Shown here: in pieces, positions 1 to 11,701 of the stretch | Layout of the letters: every line of letters starts with the position of its first letter | How positions within the stretch are numbered: the first letter of the stretch is position 1 | Origin: Chiloscyllium plagiosum | Lineage: Eukaryota | Direction of reading: 5' to 3' | Length of the DNA stretch: 36,020 nt | NCBI RefSeq assembly: GCF_004010195.1 | Contig: NW_025214150.1 | Span: 1-36,020, forward strand | Position numbers and translations under genes: made by a program | The notes under the pieces: generated by a model | Database searches by the model: none | What the model was told of the DNA's origin: nothing | The model's input: the letters and a program-made list of their open reading frames with translations, nothing else

Positions 1-291
1 ACTTCCCTGGATGTATTTCCGGGAATATCTTCCGGGAATGCTGTGCCTTATCAAAAACGCCACTCCCCCTCCTCTCTTGCCTCCCTTTCTATCCTTCCTG
101 TAGCATTTGTATCCTGGAACATTCAGCTGCCAGTCCTACCCATCCCTGAGCCATGTTTCTGTAATTGCTATGATATCCCAGTCCCATGTTCCTAACCATG
201 TCCTGAGTTCATCTGCCTTCCCTGATAGGCCCCTTGCATTGAAATAAATGCAGTTTAATTTATTAGTCCTACCTTGTCCCTGTCTGCCCTG
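1..291 (-). mobile_element. CR1-clade LINE fragment, ORF2 N-terminal apurinic-like endonuclease region (degenerate)
   Basis: Minus-strand translation reads CIYFNARGLSGKADEL...DIIAITETWL..G*DWQLNVPGYKCYRKDR..KRGGGVAFLI, typical LINE APE motifs, with an in-frame stop. Confidence 0.85.
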
Positions 292-748
292 CCAGGATGT
301 TGTCGGGAATGGAGGCTTTGAGTTATAAAAATGAGTTGGGGCTGTTTTCCCTGGAGCATCGGAGGCTGAGGGGTGACCTTATAGATGTTTATAAAATCAT
401 GGGGGGCATGCATAGGGTAAATAACCAAGGCCTTTTCCCCAGGATGGGGGAGTCAAAAACTAGGGGGCATTGGTTTAAGGTGAGAGGAGAGAGGTTTAAA
501 AAGGACTTGGGGTGGGCAACATTTTTACACAGAGAGTGGTATGTGTGTGGAATGAACTGCCAAGGAAGTGGTGGATGTGAGTACAGTTACAACATTTAAA
601 AGACATTTGGGTAGTCCATGAATAGGGAAGGTTTGGAGGGATATGGGCCAGGAGCAGGCAGGTGGGACTAGTTTAGTTTGGGGTTATGGTTGGAATGGAC
701 TGGTTTGAGCAAACAGTATGTTTCCATGCTGGGTGACTCTATGACTCT
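292..748 (+). mobile_element. CR1 LINE 3' fragment (ORF2 C-terminus plus 3' UTR)
   Basis: LGLFSLEHRRLRGDLIDVYKIM motif; ends in ctctatgactct tail shared with other copies in the window. Confidence 0.9.
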
Positions 749-1120
749 GTGGTGGGTAGGATAAGGGAGATGGGGTGTCTGTGATGGTGTGGAAGTTGGC
801 AGGGATTGGGAGGTTGGTCCTCCACAATGGTGAGGCCTTTGGATCGGACAACTCAGGGAAACAAAATGTGTAGATAGAGAGCAGGTTAGATGCTAACTGT
901 GCTGAGGGAGCTGGGTTCACACCCTGGAATTATTAAACTCAGGTCTAACGTGAAGTAACAGCTGAGGTCAGGTTTCTGAACCTTACATTGGAACAACAGA
1001 AGAAACAGAAATGCCAGTATGATAGGAGGATGAAAAACTAAAATGGCAGCCTCCTGGATGATGGGATTGGAATAGCTGAGTGCTTGTTTCTGAAAAGGAT
1101 TTGAAATTGACAGTGGAAGT

Positions 1121-1280
1121 TAAAAATCACACAACACCAGGTTATAGTCCAACTAGTTTATTTGGAAGCACGAGCTTTCAGAGTGCTGCTGAGCTACCTG
1201 ATGAAGGAGCATCGCTTTGTAAGCTAGTGCTTCCAAATAAATCTGTTGGACTATACCCTGGTGTTGTGTGATTTTTTTTA
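1121..1280. mobile_element. Inverted pair of Penelope-like terminal repeats (palindrome) with a degenerate hammerhead core
   Basis: aaaaatcacacaacaccaggttatagtccaac is mirrored by gttggactataccctggtgttgtgtgattttt; CTGATGA-AGGAGC..GCTTT-GTAAGCTA at 1198. Confidence 0.7.
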
Positions 1281-1482
1281 ACCAATCCAACATTGCTCCT
1301 CCACAGAGTGAAAGTTGTAATGGTTTAACTGGGCAGCAGAGGGCAGCCTACACCAGCATTTAGTCTATTTCAGATGTAGACAGAGAACCACAAGGGGGAA
1401 TAAACAATGAACAAAATTCTTTTCAAAGTCCGTACAAAGGAATAACACGTAAATAATTATCTGGAGGTTGTATGTATGGAGT

Positions 1483-2715
1483 TGTACCCCAGTGAATCAC
1501 TGCGTGTGTGTGTGGGACTGTACCCTAGTGAGAGTCAGTGTGTGTGTGTGGGACTGTACCCCAGTGTGAGTCAGTGTGTGTATGTTTGAATGACCCCCCA
1601 GTGAGAGTCAGTGTGGGTGTGNNNNNNNNNNNNNNNNNNNNNNNNNNNNNNNNNNNNNNNNNNNNNNNNNNNNNNNNNNNNNNNNNNNNNNNNNNNNNNN
1701 NNNNNNNNNNNNNNNNNNNNNNNNNNNNNNNNNNNNNNNNNNNNNNNNNNNNNNNNNNNNNNNNNNNNNNNNNNNNNNNNNNNNNNNNNNNNNNNNNNNN
1801 NNNNNNNNNNNNNNNNNNNNNNNNNNNNNNNNNNNNNNNNNNNNNNNNNNNNNNNNNNNNNNNNNNNNNNNNNNNNNNNNNNNNNNNNNNNNNNNNNNNN
1901 NNNNNNNNNNNNNNNNNNNNNNNNNNNNNNNNNNNNNNNNNNNNNNNNNNNNNNNNNNNNNNNNNNNNNNNNNNNNNNNNNNNNNNNNNNNNNNNNNNNN
2001 NNNNNNNNNNNNNNNNNNNNNNNNNNNNNNNNNNNNNNNNNNNNNNNNNNNNNNNNNNNNNNNNNNNNNNNNNNNNNNNNNNNNNNNNNNNNNNNNNNNN
2101 NNNNNNNNNNNNNNNNNNNNNNTGTGTGTGTGTGTGTGGGACTGTACCCCAGTGAGAGTCTGTGTGTGTGTGTGTGGGACTGTACCCCAGTGAGAGTCTG
2201 TGTGTGTGTGTGTGGGACTGTACCCCAGTGAGAGTCTGTGTGTGTGTGTGTGGGACTGTACCCCAGTGAGAGTCTGTGTGTGTGTGTGTGGGACTGTACC
2301 CCAGTGAGAGTCTGTGTGTGTGTGTGTGGGACTGTACCCCAGTGAGAGTCTGTGTGTGTGTGTGTGGGACTGTACCCCAGTGAGAGTCTGTGTGTGTGTG
2401 TGTGGGACTGTACCCCAGTGAGAGTCTGTGTGTGTGTGTGTGGGACTGTACCCCAGTGAGAGTCTGTGTGTGTGTGTGTGGGACTGTACCCCAGTGAGAG
2501 TCTGTGTGTGTGTGTGTGGGACTGTACCCCAGTGAGAGTCTGTGTGTGTGTGTGTGGGACTGTACCCCAGTGAGAGTCTGTGTGTGTGTGTGTGGGACTG
2601 TACCCCAGTGAGAGTCAGTGTGTGTGTGGGACTGTACCATAGTGAGAGTCTGTGTGTGTGTGTGGAACTGTACCATAGTGAGAGTCAGTGTGTGTGTGGG
2701 ACTGTACCCCAGTGA
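1483..2715. repeat. Minisatellite, ~38-bp unit (GT)n-GGGACTGTACCCCAGTGAGAGTCT, spanning an assembly gap
   Basis: Direct tandem repeats, near-identical from 2123 to about 2620. Confidence 0.95.
1622..2122. other. Assembly gap (N run)
   Basis: N bases. Confidence 0.99.
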
Positions 2716-3482
2716 GGTTGATGGGATAGTGAAGAGGGTGTTTGGTATGCTTGCCTTTATTGCTCAGAACATTGTGTTCAGGAGTTGTGAGTTCATGTTG
2801 TACAGGACATTGGTTAGACCACTTTTGGAATATTGCATTCAGCGCTGATTGCCCTGCTATAGGAAAGATGTTGTGAAACTTGAAAGGGTTCAGAAAAGAT
2901 TTACAAGGATGTTGCCAGGGTTAGAGGATTTGTGCTACAGGGAGAGGCTGAACAGGTTGGGGCTGTTTTCCCTGGAGCGTCGGAGGCTGAGTGGTAACCT
3001 TATAGGGGTTTATAAAACTATGAGGGACATGGATAGGGTAAGTAGGCAAAGTCTTTTGCCTACTTTGCCTACTCCCTGGGGTCAGGGAGTCCAGAACTAG
3101 AGGGCATAGGTTTAAGGTGAGAGGGGAAAGATATAAAAGAGACCTAAGGGGCAACTTTTTCACACAGAGGGTGGTGCGTGTATGGAATGAGCTGCCAGAG
3201 GAAGTGGTGGAGGCTGGTACAATTGCAACATTTAAGAGGCATTTGGATGGGTAATGAACAGGAAGGGTTTGGAGAGATGTGGACAAATGCTGGCAAATGG
3301 GACTTTGATTTTCCTGCTCCTCGGATGCTGCCTGACCTGCTGTGCTTTTCCAGCACCACTCTGATCTAAACTCTGGTTTCCAGCGTCTTCAGTCCTCACT
3401 TTTGCCAGGTGGGGATATCTGGTTGGCATGGACAGGTTGGGCCAAAGGGTCTGAAACAGTGCTGTACGGCTCTATGACTCTC
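2715..3482 (+). mobile_element. CR1 LINE 3' fragment, interrupted in its 3' UTR
   Basis: LYRTLVRPLLEYCIQ and LERVQKRFTRMLPGLE motifs; tctatgactc tail; interrupted at 3307-3406. Confidence 0.9.
3307..3406 (+). mobile_element. Penelope-like terminal-repeat fragment nested in the CR1 3' UTR
   Basis: gattttcctgctcctcggatgctgcctgacctgctg... matches the reverse complement of 10707-10803 and 19165-19229. Confidence 0.8.
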
Positions 3483-3489
3483 TGGCTGC

Positions 3490-4140
3490 GCTGTGGACCT
3501 GACCAAACCTCCCTCAAAATATATTGAAAAGGTAGTGTCGACCAGAATTATCTAATCTAATCTAAGAATGTTTATTTTAAATTTTAAAGGTATGTGTAAG
3601 ACGTTGAGTTGCAGGTGTAATTTGATTGGTCAAGCTCCTCAGCTTGAAGCAAATCCCACTTTATTCCGACACAATGGTTAAAAGAAACAAAAGGAAAAGG
3701 AAATTGGAATAACGTTACTCGATTGAAAAACTGAACAGAATAATACATTATTTAACTACTAAGCAGGAACTGTTCCTTGTAGTAACACCCCACGGACACA
3801 TCCTTGACAAAGGCAGATTCAGAAAAACAGAGTGTATCACGGGCAATTCTCCAATCCAGGAGGGAAAAATAATCGAGAGGAAACTCTGAGAGAGACAGAG
3901 AGGGGATTATCAGGGAGAGATGTCATGGGGCTTCCAAATCCAGCTTCAAGACCCCAGCAACACGGCTGAAAAGCCAAAACTAAAAATCCTGGCTCTGTCA
4001 GAGCTGAGGCTATCGTTCCAACTTCAACTAAAAACCTTCACAAACTGTTTATTGGGGTCGAATAGAGAGCTGGCAACCTCTGTCTTCAAAAAAACCAAAC
4101 CAGGACAAAACACATCTCTTAAAGCCATAGGATCATCAGA
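3490..4140. mobile_element. Probable interspersed repeat, possibly a solo LTR
   Basis: AT-rich ~650-bp block between LINE fragments, starting TGT and with AATAAA on the minus strand near 3660; boundaries approximate and family not verified. Confidence 0.3.
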
Positions 4141-4149
4141 GACACAGCC

Positions 4150-5110
4150 CTTTCAGCTCCCTCTCTGTTGCGCCTGACACATCGAAACCCTGGAGCATTG
4201 AGCTGCCCCTCCCTCCACCAGGTTCCCACTGTAATCCCTAATCCTGCTTCCCACTTGCCTTCCAGCCTATGCATTAAAATAAATAGGCTTCAGTCAGCTC
4301 AGCCCTCTGTGCTCATTAACCTGGCCCTTTCCCTTTTGCTCCAACTGAACTTGCTTGATTTTGCCCCTCAGTTGTTCCACTCGCTGACCTCCTGCTCTGG
4401 TTCCCTCCCCACTGTCACACTTGTTTAAGTGACTCGAGCAAACCTCCCTGCCTCTGTCCCTCCCGGCTGTTCTGGAAGAGATCCTAATGATCCAGGTGTC
4501 TGGATCTCTTCCCTCCTACCCCAGCTCTCTAGCCTTACCCTGTTAGCTTCCTGTTTCAGAAGCACGGGGAGACGACAGCACCAGGAGGGACGGTTTTAAT
4601 ATCCTCCCTTTAAGTTCCATTTGCAAGACTTCATCACCCTTCCTGCTGGTGTCGTTGGTACCAGTGTGGACTCTGAGCTCTGAGTGCTCAAAATATCCTG
4701 CGCCTGCTCAGAGACATCCTTGACCCAGGGCACAGGGAGGCCATGCACTCACTCGTGGCCAGGGTCATGCCTGTGTGTGCCCCTGACTAGGGAGCCCCCT
4801 AGCATTCTGCTGCTCCCCCACACTCCGACCCTCCCTGCTACACACCAGTGCCAGGTGTGGTGCCCCTGATCCCACTGCTACTGTGCCCCGAGACGGCATG
4901 CCCTCTGATAGTATCCAAAATGGGAGACCCCGTCTGTGAGGGGAATGGCCACAGGGTATTCCTGCCTTCACTTACATATCTTCTGACTCATCCCTGTCTA
5001 CGGAGCCCTTACTGGTGGCATGACCAACTCACTGAACATGCACATTCCCAGCCCCATGGAGAGTCTATCCACTGCTCCAAGTGCTCCATCTGGGAAATTG
5101 GGAATACACT
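4150..5110 (-). mobile_element. Highly degenerate CR1 ORF1 (SGNH esterase-like) region
   Basis: Minus strand of about 4690-4745 resembles the CR1 ORF1 motif CLPGARVKDVSE..QDIL; no intact frame. Confidence 0.5.
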
Positions 5111-5324
5111 TCCCACATCCTGGGTCAATGTGGAGATTGGAAGGGACTGGTTTCCCACATATTGCAGGAGGAGTTTTCTGCTGGGCCAAAGCATCCTGCC
5201 ATTTTCAATTGATATAATAATCGCTGAGGTTGGAAGCTGATGAGCTGTTTTTGTCTGTTATTCCCAGTACCTGACAGAATAGATTGGGTTATTCCCCACT
5301 GCAGAGACACAAACAATAGAGAAT

Positions 5325-5565
5325 CCCAGAGAGAGAGTGGCAGAGAGATAGCAGAAGATGGATAGAGGGAGAGAGAGAGAGATTGAGAAGGACTGAAAGA
5401 GAGAGGGAGGGAGAATGAAAGATAGAGAGGGATGAACCAGGACTTAGATGGTGAGGGAATTGGAGAGGGAAAATGAGAGAGATGGAGAGGGACTGAAAGA
5501 GGGAGAGAGAGGGAGAAGGAGAGTGTCGGTACGTCAGATAGAAAGAATGAAAAGTAAAGAGAGAT
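5325..5565. repeat. GA-rich low-complexity tract
   Basis: Imperfect (GA)n purine tract. Confidence 0.8.
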
Positions 5566-6106
5566 CTGATCAGACATTCAGAGGCAGGTCACCAGACGGA
5601 AGAGGAAATTTGCAGAGACTGGAGGAGTTGTGACAGAGACATAATCAGATTGTCTGCGATACAGTGACGCTGAGATTCAGTTTGAGTGAAGAATCTGATT
5701 TTGTGGCGAACTGACTGGTCTAAAACCAGTATCAAGTTCACTGTAATTCTATTGACCTGTCGCTGAGAGACAGGAAGTTGTTGGGGGGGTGGAGGAGAGA
5801 GCATGCAGTCAGATTTGGAAACTATGAGATATTGCCCCAGGTTTTGGTCACCCTGAAAATACCTGATAAAAACCATTACTCTCTGATTCTTATCGTTGTG
5901 TCTCCAAGATAAGACTGTCAGTTTTAGTTTGGAGCTGTGCCTTTGCTCACAAGCCCGGTATGTGATATTATTTTGAATGTTTTTTTTGTGGAAGTTCTCT
6001 ACAGCATCACCCCCATCTACTGTCCTTCAACCAATCCATGCTGACGTTTCAGAATGAACTATTAATTCAGAGTAATTGTGTTTAAGCATTTCCCCGTCAC
6101 CAAAGT

Positions 6107-6320
6107 TAAACAGAAATTGCTGGAAAAGCTCAGCAGGTCTGGCAGCGGCTCGGAGCGAGAGAAAGCAGAGTTAACGTTTTGGGTCCACTGACCCCCAGAG
6201 TTCTGAAAGAGGGTGCGAAATGTTAACTCTGCTTTCTCTCTTTCACAGATGCTCCCCGACCTGCTGAGCTTTTCCAGCAATTTCTGTGTTTGTTTCTGAT
6301 TTGCAGCATCCACGGTCCTT
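6107..6320. mobile_element. Inverted pair of Penelope-like terminal repeats (palindrome), degenerate hammerhead cores
   Basis: cagaaattgctggaaaagctcagcaggtc...gcagagttaac is mirrored by gttaactctgc...gacctgctgagcttttccagcaatttctg. Confidence 0.75.
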
Positions 6321-6634
6321 TCAGATCTGACCACAGTGAAACGAACTGGTCTGTAAAGTTTGGGTGGATCTTAAAAGCTGCTTGTGAGCTAAGGTTTAAT
6401 GCTTGCAATTCTCCAGTCCTATAGAACCACCCGCTCCCTTCCTCCAAAGTCCAGGCCCAATCCCAAATGCCTCATCCACTTTACCGACTGCCACAAAGAA
6501 ATCCTCCAGGTCAATTTTAAAACCATCTCATGATCCAGTCTTCACCAAACCCTGGTCAGGACGGATGACTAACTCATGAGAAAAGGCAGGGGGAAAGTCT
6601 GCATTGTACAGCACGTCCATACCCAATGCTTGGG

Positions 6635-6750
6635 CACTCTTGATGTGCAAGGGTAGTATCCCTACTTCTGGACTTGAAGCCAGGTTTAGGGTCCCACCGG
6701 TACCAGAGATGTGTCTTTACATCTCAGAACAGGCTGATGTAAAAATACCT
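6635..6750 (+). mobile_element. Degenerate tRNA-derived SINE fragment
   Basis: ggtagtatccctacttctgg...aggtttagggtcccacc resembles a degenerate A-box/B-box head; recognised from memory only. Confidence 0.35.
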
Positions 6751-6761
6751 CTCTCTGGGGA

Positions 6762-6874
6762 TAATGGTGACAGTGAGGGGGGTAAACACTGGGGGTAATG
6801 GTGACAGTGAGGGGGGTAAACACTGGGGGTAATGGTGAGGGGGGTAAACACTGGGGGTTAATGGTGACAGTGAG
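6762..6874. repeat. Short tandem repeat, ~34-bp unit, about 3 copies
   Basis: taatggtgacagtgaggggggtaaacactggggg repeated. Confidence 0.9.
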
Positions 6875-7072
6875 TAATTATGGGACTCTAGAGATCAGTA
6901 ATGAATAAGGATAGTCAGTAGGAGGCAGTACAGTCTCTTGCCTTCACAATGCCTGTTTCACAGTTGACCTGCTTGTACAACACTGAATTCTCCAATTTCA
7001 AGCATCCACCCTCTGCATCCTCCGGCACTATTCCCAGCCCCACACCCTACATTACCTCCTCCCTGCCACCAT

Positions 7073-7152
7073 CAGGATTGCTGCCTGGCTTGCTGTGTTC
7101 TTCCAGCCTCCTGCCTGTCCACTTTGGATTCCAGCATCTGCAGTTTTTTTGT
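7073..7152 (+). mobile_element. Old Penelope-like terminal-repeat remnant
   Basis: gctgcctggcttgctgtgttcttccagc...tccagcatctgcagttttttt resembles the other Penelope ends in the window. Confidence 0.6.
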
Positions 7153-7281
7153 CTCATCACAATTATATAACAACACTTACATATCGCACATCAGCTGTTA
7201 CCTGTTTTATATCAAAATATTAATGTTCAGGCTAAAATACCAAGACGTCACTGGAAATTTGCATATTACCACTGGAGCCTG

Positions 7282-9568
7282 CACTCCAGTGAAAGTCAGT
7301 GTGTGTGTGTGTGTGTGTGTGGGACTGTACCCCAGTGAGAGTCAGTGTGTGTGTGTGGGGGGGGGGCTGTACCCCAGTGAGAGTCAGTGTGTGTGTGTGT
7401 GGGACTGTACCCCAGTGAGAGTCAGTGTGTGGGGGACTGTACCCCAATGAGAGTCAGTGTGTGTGTGGGACTGTACCCCAGTGTGTGTGTATGTGTGTGG
7501 GACTGTACCCCAGTGAGAGTCAGTGTGTGAGTGTGTAGGACTGTACACCAGTGAGAGTCTGTGTGTGTGTGGGACTGTACCCCAGTGAGTGTCAGTGTGT
7601 GAGTGTGTGTCTCAGTGAGCGTCAGTGTGTGTGTGTGGATTGTACCCAATGAGAGTCTGTGTGTGTGGGACTGTACCCCAGTGACAGTCTGCATATGTCT
7701 GTGGGTGTGTACCCCAGTGAGAGTCAGTGTGTGTGTGGGACTGTACCCCAGTGAGAGAGAGTCTGTGTGTGTGTGGGACTGTACCCCAGTGAGTGTCAGT
7801 GTGTGAGTGTGTGTCTCAGTGAGCGTCAGTGTGTGTGTGTGGATTGTACCCAATGAGAGTCTGTGTGTGTGGGACTGTACCCCAGTGACAGTCTGCATAT
7901 GTCTGTGGGTGTGTACCCCAGTGAGAGTCAGTGTGTGAGTGTGTAGGACTGTACACCAGTGAGAGTCTGTGTGTGTGTGGGACTGTACCCCAGTGAGTGT
8001 CAGTGTGTGAGTGTGTGTCTCAGTGAGCGTCTGTGTGTGTGTGAGAGACTGTACCCCAGTGACAGTGTGTGTGTGTTGGACTGTACCCCAGTCAGAGTCA
8101 GTGTGTGTGGGACTGTACCCCAGTGACAGTCAGTGTGTGTGTGTGTGCGTGGGGGACTGTACTCCAGTCAGAGTCAGTGTGTGTGTGGGACTGTACCACA
8201 GTGAGAGTCAGTGTGTGTGTGTGGGGGGGGGACTGTGCCCCAGTGAGAGTCAGTGTGTGTGTGGGACTGTACCCCATTGAGATTCAGTCTGTGTATGTGG
8301 GGCTGTACCCCCATGAGGGTCTGTGTGTGTGTGTGGGACTGTACCCCAGTGAGAGTCAGTGTGTGTGGGACTGTACACCAGTGAGAGTCAGTGTGTGGGG
8401 GACTGTACCCCAGTGAGAGTCAGTGTGTGTATGTGGGACTGTACCTGCAGTGAGAGTCAGCGTGTATGTGTGTGTGGGACTGTACCCCAGTGGGAGTCAG
8501 TGTGTTGTAACCCAGTGAGAGTCAGTGTATGTGTGTGTGTGGGACTGTACACCAGTGGGAGTCAGTGTGTGTGTGTGACTGTACCCCAGTGAGAGTCAGT
8601 GTGTGTGGGGGGGGAACTGTACCCCAGTGAGAGTCAGTGTGTGTCTGTGGGTTTGTACCCCAGTGAGAGTCAGTGTGTGTGTGTGTGTGGGACTGTACCC
8701 CAGTGAGAGTCTGTGTGTGAGACTGTACCCCAGTGAGAGTCAGTGTGTGTGTGTGTGGTGGGGGGACGGGGGACTGTACCCCAGTGAGAGTCAGTGTGCG
8801 TGTGTGGGTTTGTACCCCAGTGAGAGTCAGTGTGTGTGTGTGGGACTGTACCCCAGTGAGAGTCTGTGTGTGTGTGTGGGACTGTACCCCAGTGAGAGTC
8901 TGTGTGTGTGTGTGTGGGACTGTACCCCAGTGAGAGTCAGTGTGTGTATGTGTGTGTGTGACTGTACCCCAGTGAGAGTCTGTCTGTGTGTGTGTGGGAC
9001 TGTACCCCAGTGAGAGTCAGTATGTTTGTGTGTGTGGGACTGTACCCCAGTCGGAGTCAGTGTCTGTGTGTGTGTGTGGGACTGTATCCCTGAGAGAGTC
9101 AGTATGTGTGTGTGGGACTGTACCCCAGTGAGAGTCTGTGTGTGTGTGGGACTGTACCCCAGTGAGAGTCTGTGTGTGTGTGGGACTGTACCCCAGTGAG
9201 AATCAGTGTGTGAGTGTGTGTCCCAGTGAGAGTCAGTGTGTGTGTGTGGATTGTACCCAATGAGAGTCTGTACCCCAGTGAGAGTCTGCATGTGTCTGTG
9301 GGTTTGTACCCCAATGAGAGTCTGTGTGTGTGTGGGACTGTACCCCAGTGAGAGTCTGTGTGTGTGTGGGACTGTACCCCAGTGAGAGTCTGTGTGTGTT
9401 GAGAGTCAGTGTGTTGGGGGGGGGGGGGGGAGATTGTACCCCAGTGAGAGTCAGTGTGTTTGTGGGGGGGACTGTACCCCAGTGAGAGTCAGTGTGTGTG
9501 GGACTGTACCCCAGTGAGAGTCAGTGTGTGTGTGTCTGTGTGTGGGACTGTACCTCAGTGAGTCAGTA
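7282..9568. repeat. Minisatellite, variable 30-44-bp unit (GT)n-GGGACTGTACCCCAGTGAGAGTCA; same family as 1483-2715
   Basis: Direct tandem repeats with a higher-order duplicated block around 7550-8030. Confidence 0.95.
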
Positions 9569-10206
9569 CTTCTGGAACAGCTGTTCTCCAGGGTGTGTGG
9601 TGGGGTGGGGGTGCAGGCTGAAGTAAGCTGTATCTCCACAGTGACTGTCTTAATTGTGTTTAATTAGTTTTTGAAGAGATGGTGTGATGTAACCCAGTCT
9701 GTGCTCATTCTGTTGCTATGCCTGTGCCAACTGGGACTGTTCGCCCTGTTTCTGAGGCTGGGCTGGGCTGGGCTGGGTCAGCGAGTCAGCGGCTCCTTGT
9801 ATTTACTCAATACATCCCAGCGCTTGCTTTTCAAACAGAACACGCTGCAAGTTCCACGCAGTGTCTGTGGACACAGAAACACAGGCAGTGCCTCAGCTCA
9901 ATGCCCTTTCAACCGAACTGGGCTAATCCTGAGGGAGAGTAAAATCAGAAAATAAAAGGGAAGTGTCTGTGATTGGGAGAGTGAGCAGGAGGGGATGGGA
10001 GTCTTCAAATGGAAAGAGGTACAGATAGAGAGAGAGAGGGAGAGACAGAGAGAGGTGTGAATGACGCAGTACATCAATGTTCAGTGGCATTGTGAGAAAA
10101 CATTGGGACCAAGATTTCAACTCAAACGGCTGTGAGGAGAGCAGGAGTTTGTAAAGGTTCTCACGTGAACAGGAGCAGGCCATTCTGCCCCTCACTGAGT
10201 TCATTG

Positions 10207-10338
10207 AGGAGAAAGTGAGGGCTGCAGATGCTGGAGATCAGAGCTGAAAATGTGTTGCTGGAAAAGCGCAGCAGGTCAGGCAACATCCAGGGAACAGGAG
10301 AATCGACGTTTCGGGCATAAGCCCTTCTTCAGGAATGG
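10207..10338 (-). mobile_element. Short Penelope-like terminal-repeat insertion with a 14-bp target-site duplication
   Basis: ctcactgagttcat at 10191-10204 and 10339-10352; body near-identical to 10707-10835. Confidence 0.85.
10305..10332 (-). ncRNA. Minimal type I hammerhead ribozyme motif
   Basis: Minus strand reads CUGAAGA-A-GGGC-UUAU-GCCC-GAAA-CG-UC. Confidence 0.7.
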
Positions 10339-10454
10339 CTCACTGAGTTCATGACTAACCTGTGGTCTAACTGCCTTTGGCCCGTATCTCTCCTTCACCA
10401 AAAAAGGAATCCACCTCCAATTTAAATTCAGCAGCTGAATCAGTACACAGACTG

Positions 10455-10580
10455 AAAGAATTGCAGATGCTGGAAATCATAAACAAAAACAGAAATTGCT
10501 GGAAAAACTCAGCAGGTCGGGCAGCATCTGGGGAGGGAAAGCAGTGTGAGCGTTTCTGGTCCGGTGATCCTTCCTCAGAA
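10455..10580 (-). mobile_element. Penelope-like terminal-repeat fragment (same family as 6107-6320), degenerate hammerhead
   Basis: Shares cagaaattgctggaaaa.ctcagcaggtc; minus strand reads CTGAGGAAGGATCACCGGACCAGAAACG. Confidence 0.7.
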
Positions 10581-10706
10581 GTGAATTTGCATCCGCGGCC
10601 GTTTGTGGGAGAGAAAGTTCCGCCCGTCCCACCCTTAGTGTGGAGAGTGCTTCCTGGAATTAGAATCGGTCTATTGTCACATGCGCTCAAGTCCAGGAGT
10701 ACAGTG

Positions 10707-11430
10707 GGAGAAAGTGAGGACTGCAGATGCTGGAGATCAGAGCTGAAAATGTGTTGCTGGAAAAGCGCAGAAGGTCAGGCAGCATCCGAGGAGCAGGAAA
10801 ATCGACGTTTCGGGCAAAAGCCCTTCATCAGGAATGGAGGCAGGGAGCCTCTGGGTTGGAGAGAAAGATGGGAAGGGGGTTGGGACTGGGGAGAAAGTGG
10901 CAAAGAGTACAATAGGTGAGTGGGGGAGGGGATGAAGGTGATAGGTCAGAGAGGAGGGTGGAGTGGATAGGTGGAAAGGAAGATAGGCAGGTAGGACAGG
11001 TCATGGGGACAGTGCTGAGCTGGAAGGCTGGAGCTGGGGTTAAGGTGGGGGGGGGGGAAATGAGGAAAATGATGAAGTCCACATTGATGCCCTGGGGTTG
11101 AAGTGTTCCAAGAATGAAGATGAGGCGTTCTTCCTCCAGGCGTCAGGTGGTGAGGGAGCGGCGATGGAGGAGGCCCAGGACCTGCATGTCCTCGGCAGAG
11201 TGGGAGGGGGAGTTGAAATGTTGGGCCATGGGGCAGTGTGGTTGATTGGTGCGGGTGTCCCGGATATGTTCCCTAAAGCGCTCTGCTAGGAGGCACCCAG
11301 TCTCCCCAATGTAGAGGAGACCGCATCGGGAGCAACGGATACAATAAATGATATTAGTGGATGTGCAGGTAAAACTTTGATGGATGTGGAAGGCTCCTTT
11401 AGGGCCTTGGATAGAAGTGAGGGAGGAGGT
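10707..11430 (-). mobile_element. Penelope-like retroelement 3' fragment: GIY-YIG endonuclease C-terminus plus terminal repeat
   Basis: ORF 11143-11463 encodes FTCTSTNIIYCIRCSRCGLLYIGETG..LAERFREH...VAQHF-like motif; premature stop, then RRLEEERLIF and GTLQPQGINVDF. Confidence 0.92.
10804..10831 (-). ncRNA. Minimal type I hammerhead ribozyme motif
   Basis: Minus strand reads CUGAUGA-A-GGGC-UUUU-GCCC-GAAA-CG-UC, a perfect core, downstream of the GIY-YIG ORF. Confidence 0.75.
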
Positions 11431-11700
11431 CCACACTGACCCTCCAAAGAGCATCCCACCCAATCCCTATGACCCAACATTTCATATGGCTAACCCACCT
11501 AGCCTGCACATCTCTGGAAACTATGGACAATCTATCATGGTCAATCCACCCTGGCCTGCACATCTTTGGACTGTGGGAGGAAACCGGAGCACCCGGAGGA
11601 AATCCCACACAGACACGGGGAGAATGTGCAAACTCCACACAGACAGTCGCCTGAGGCTGGAATTGAACCCATGTCCCTGGTGCTGTGATGCAGCAGTAAT
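11429..11700 (-). mobile_element. HE1-like tRNA-derived V-SINE
   Basis: Minus strand has B-box gggttcaattcc followed by the V-domain gtgtggagtttgcacattctccccgtgtctg...ccggtttcctcccacagtccaaag. Confidence 0.85.
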
Positions 11701-11701
11701 A

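Noticed and set aside
1525..2676. Long ORFs of 200-380 aa here and across 12876-14230 and 21065-21933
   Set aside because: Artefacts of N gaps and tandem repeats read without stops
5238..5260. CTGATGAG hammerhead-like start
   Set aside because: No stem II or GAAA follows
9553..9955. Possible exon at the end of the GT minisatellite, or hydrophobic + strand ORF 9671-9955
   Set aside because: The apparent donor is part of the repeat unit, there is no suitable ATG or acceptor, and I recognised no homology
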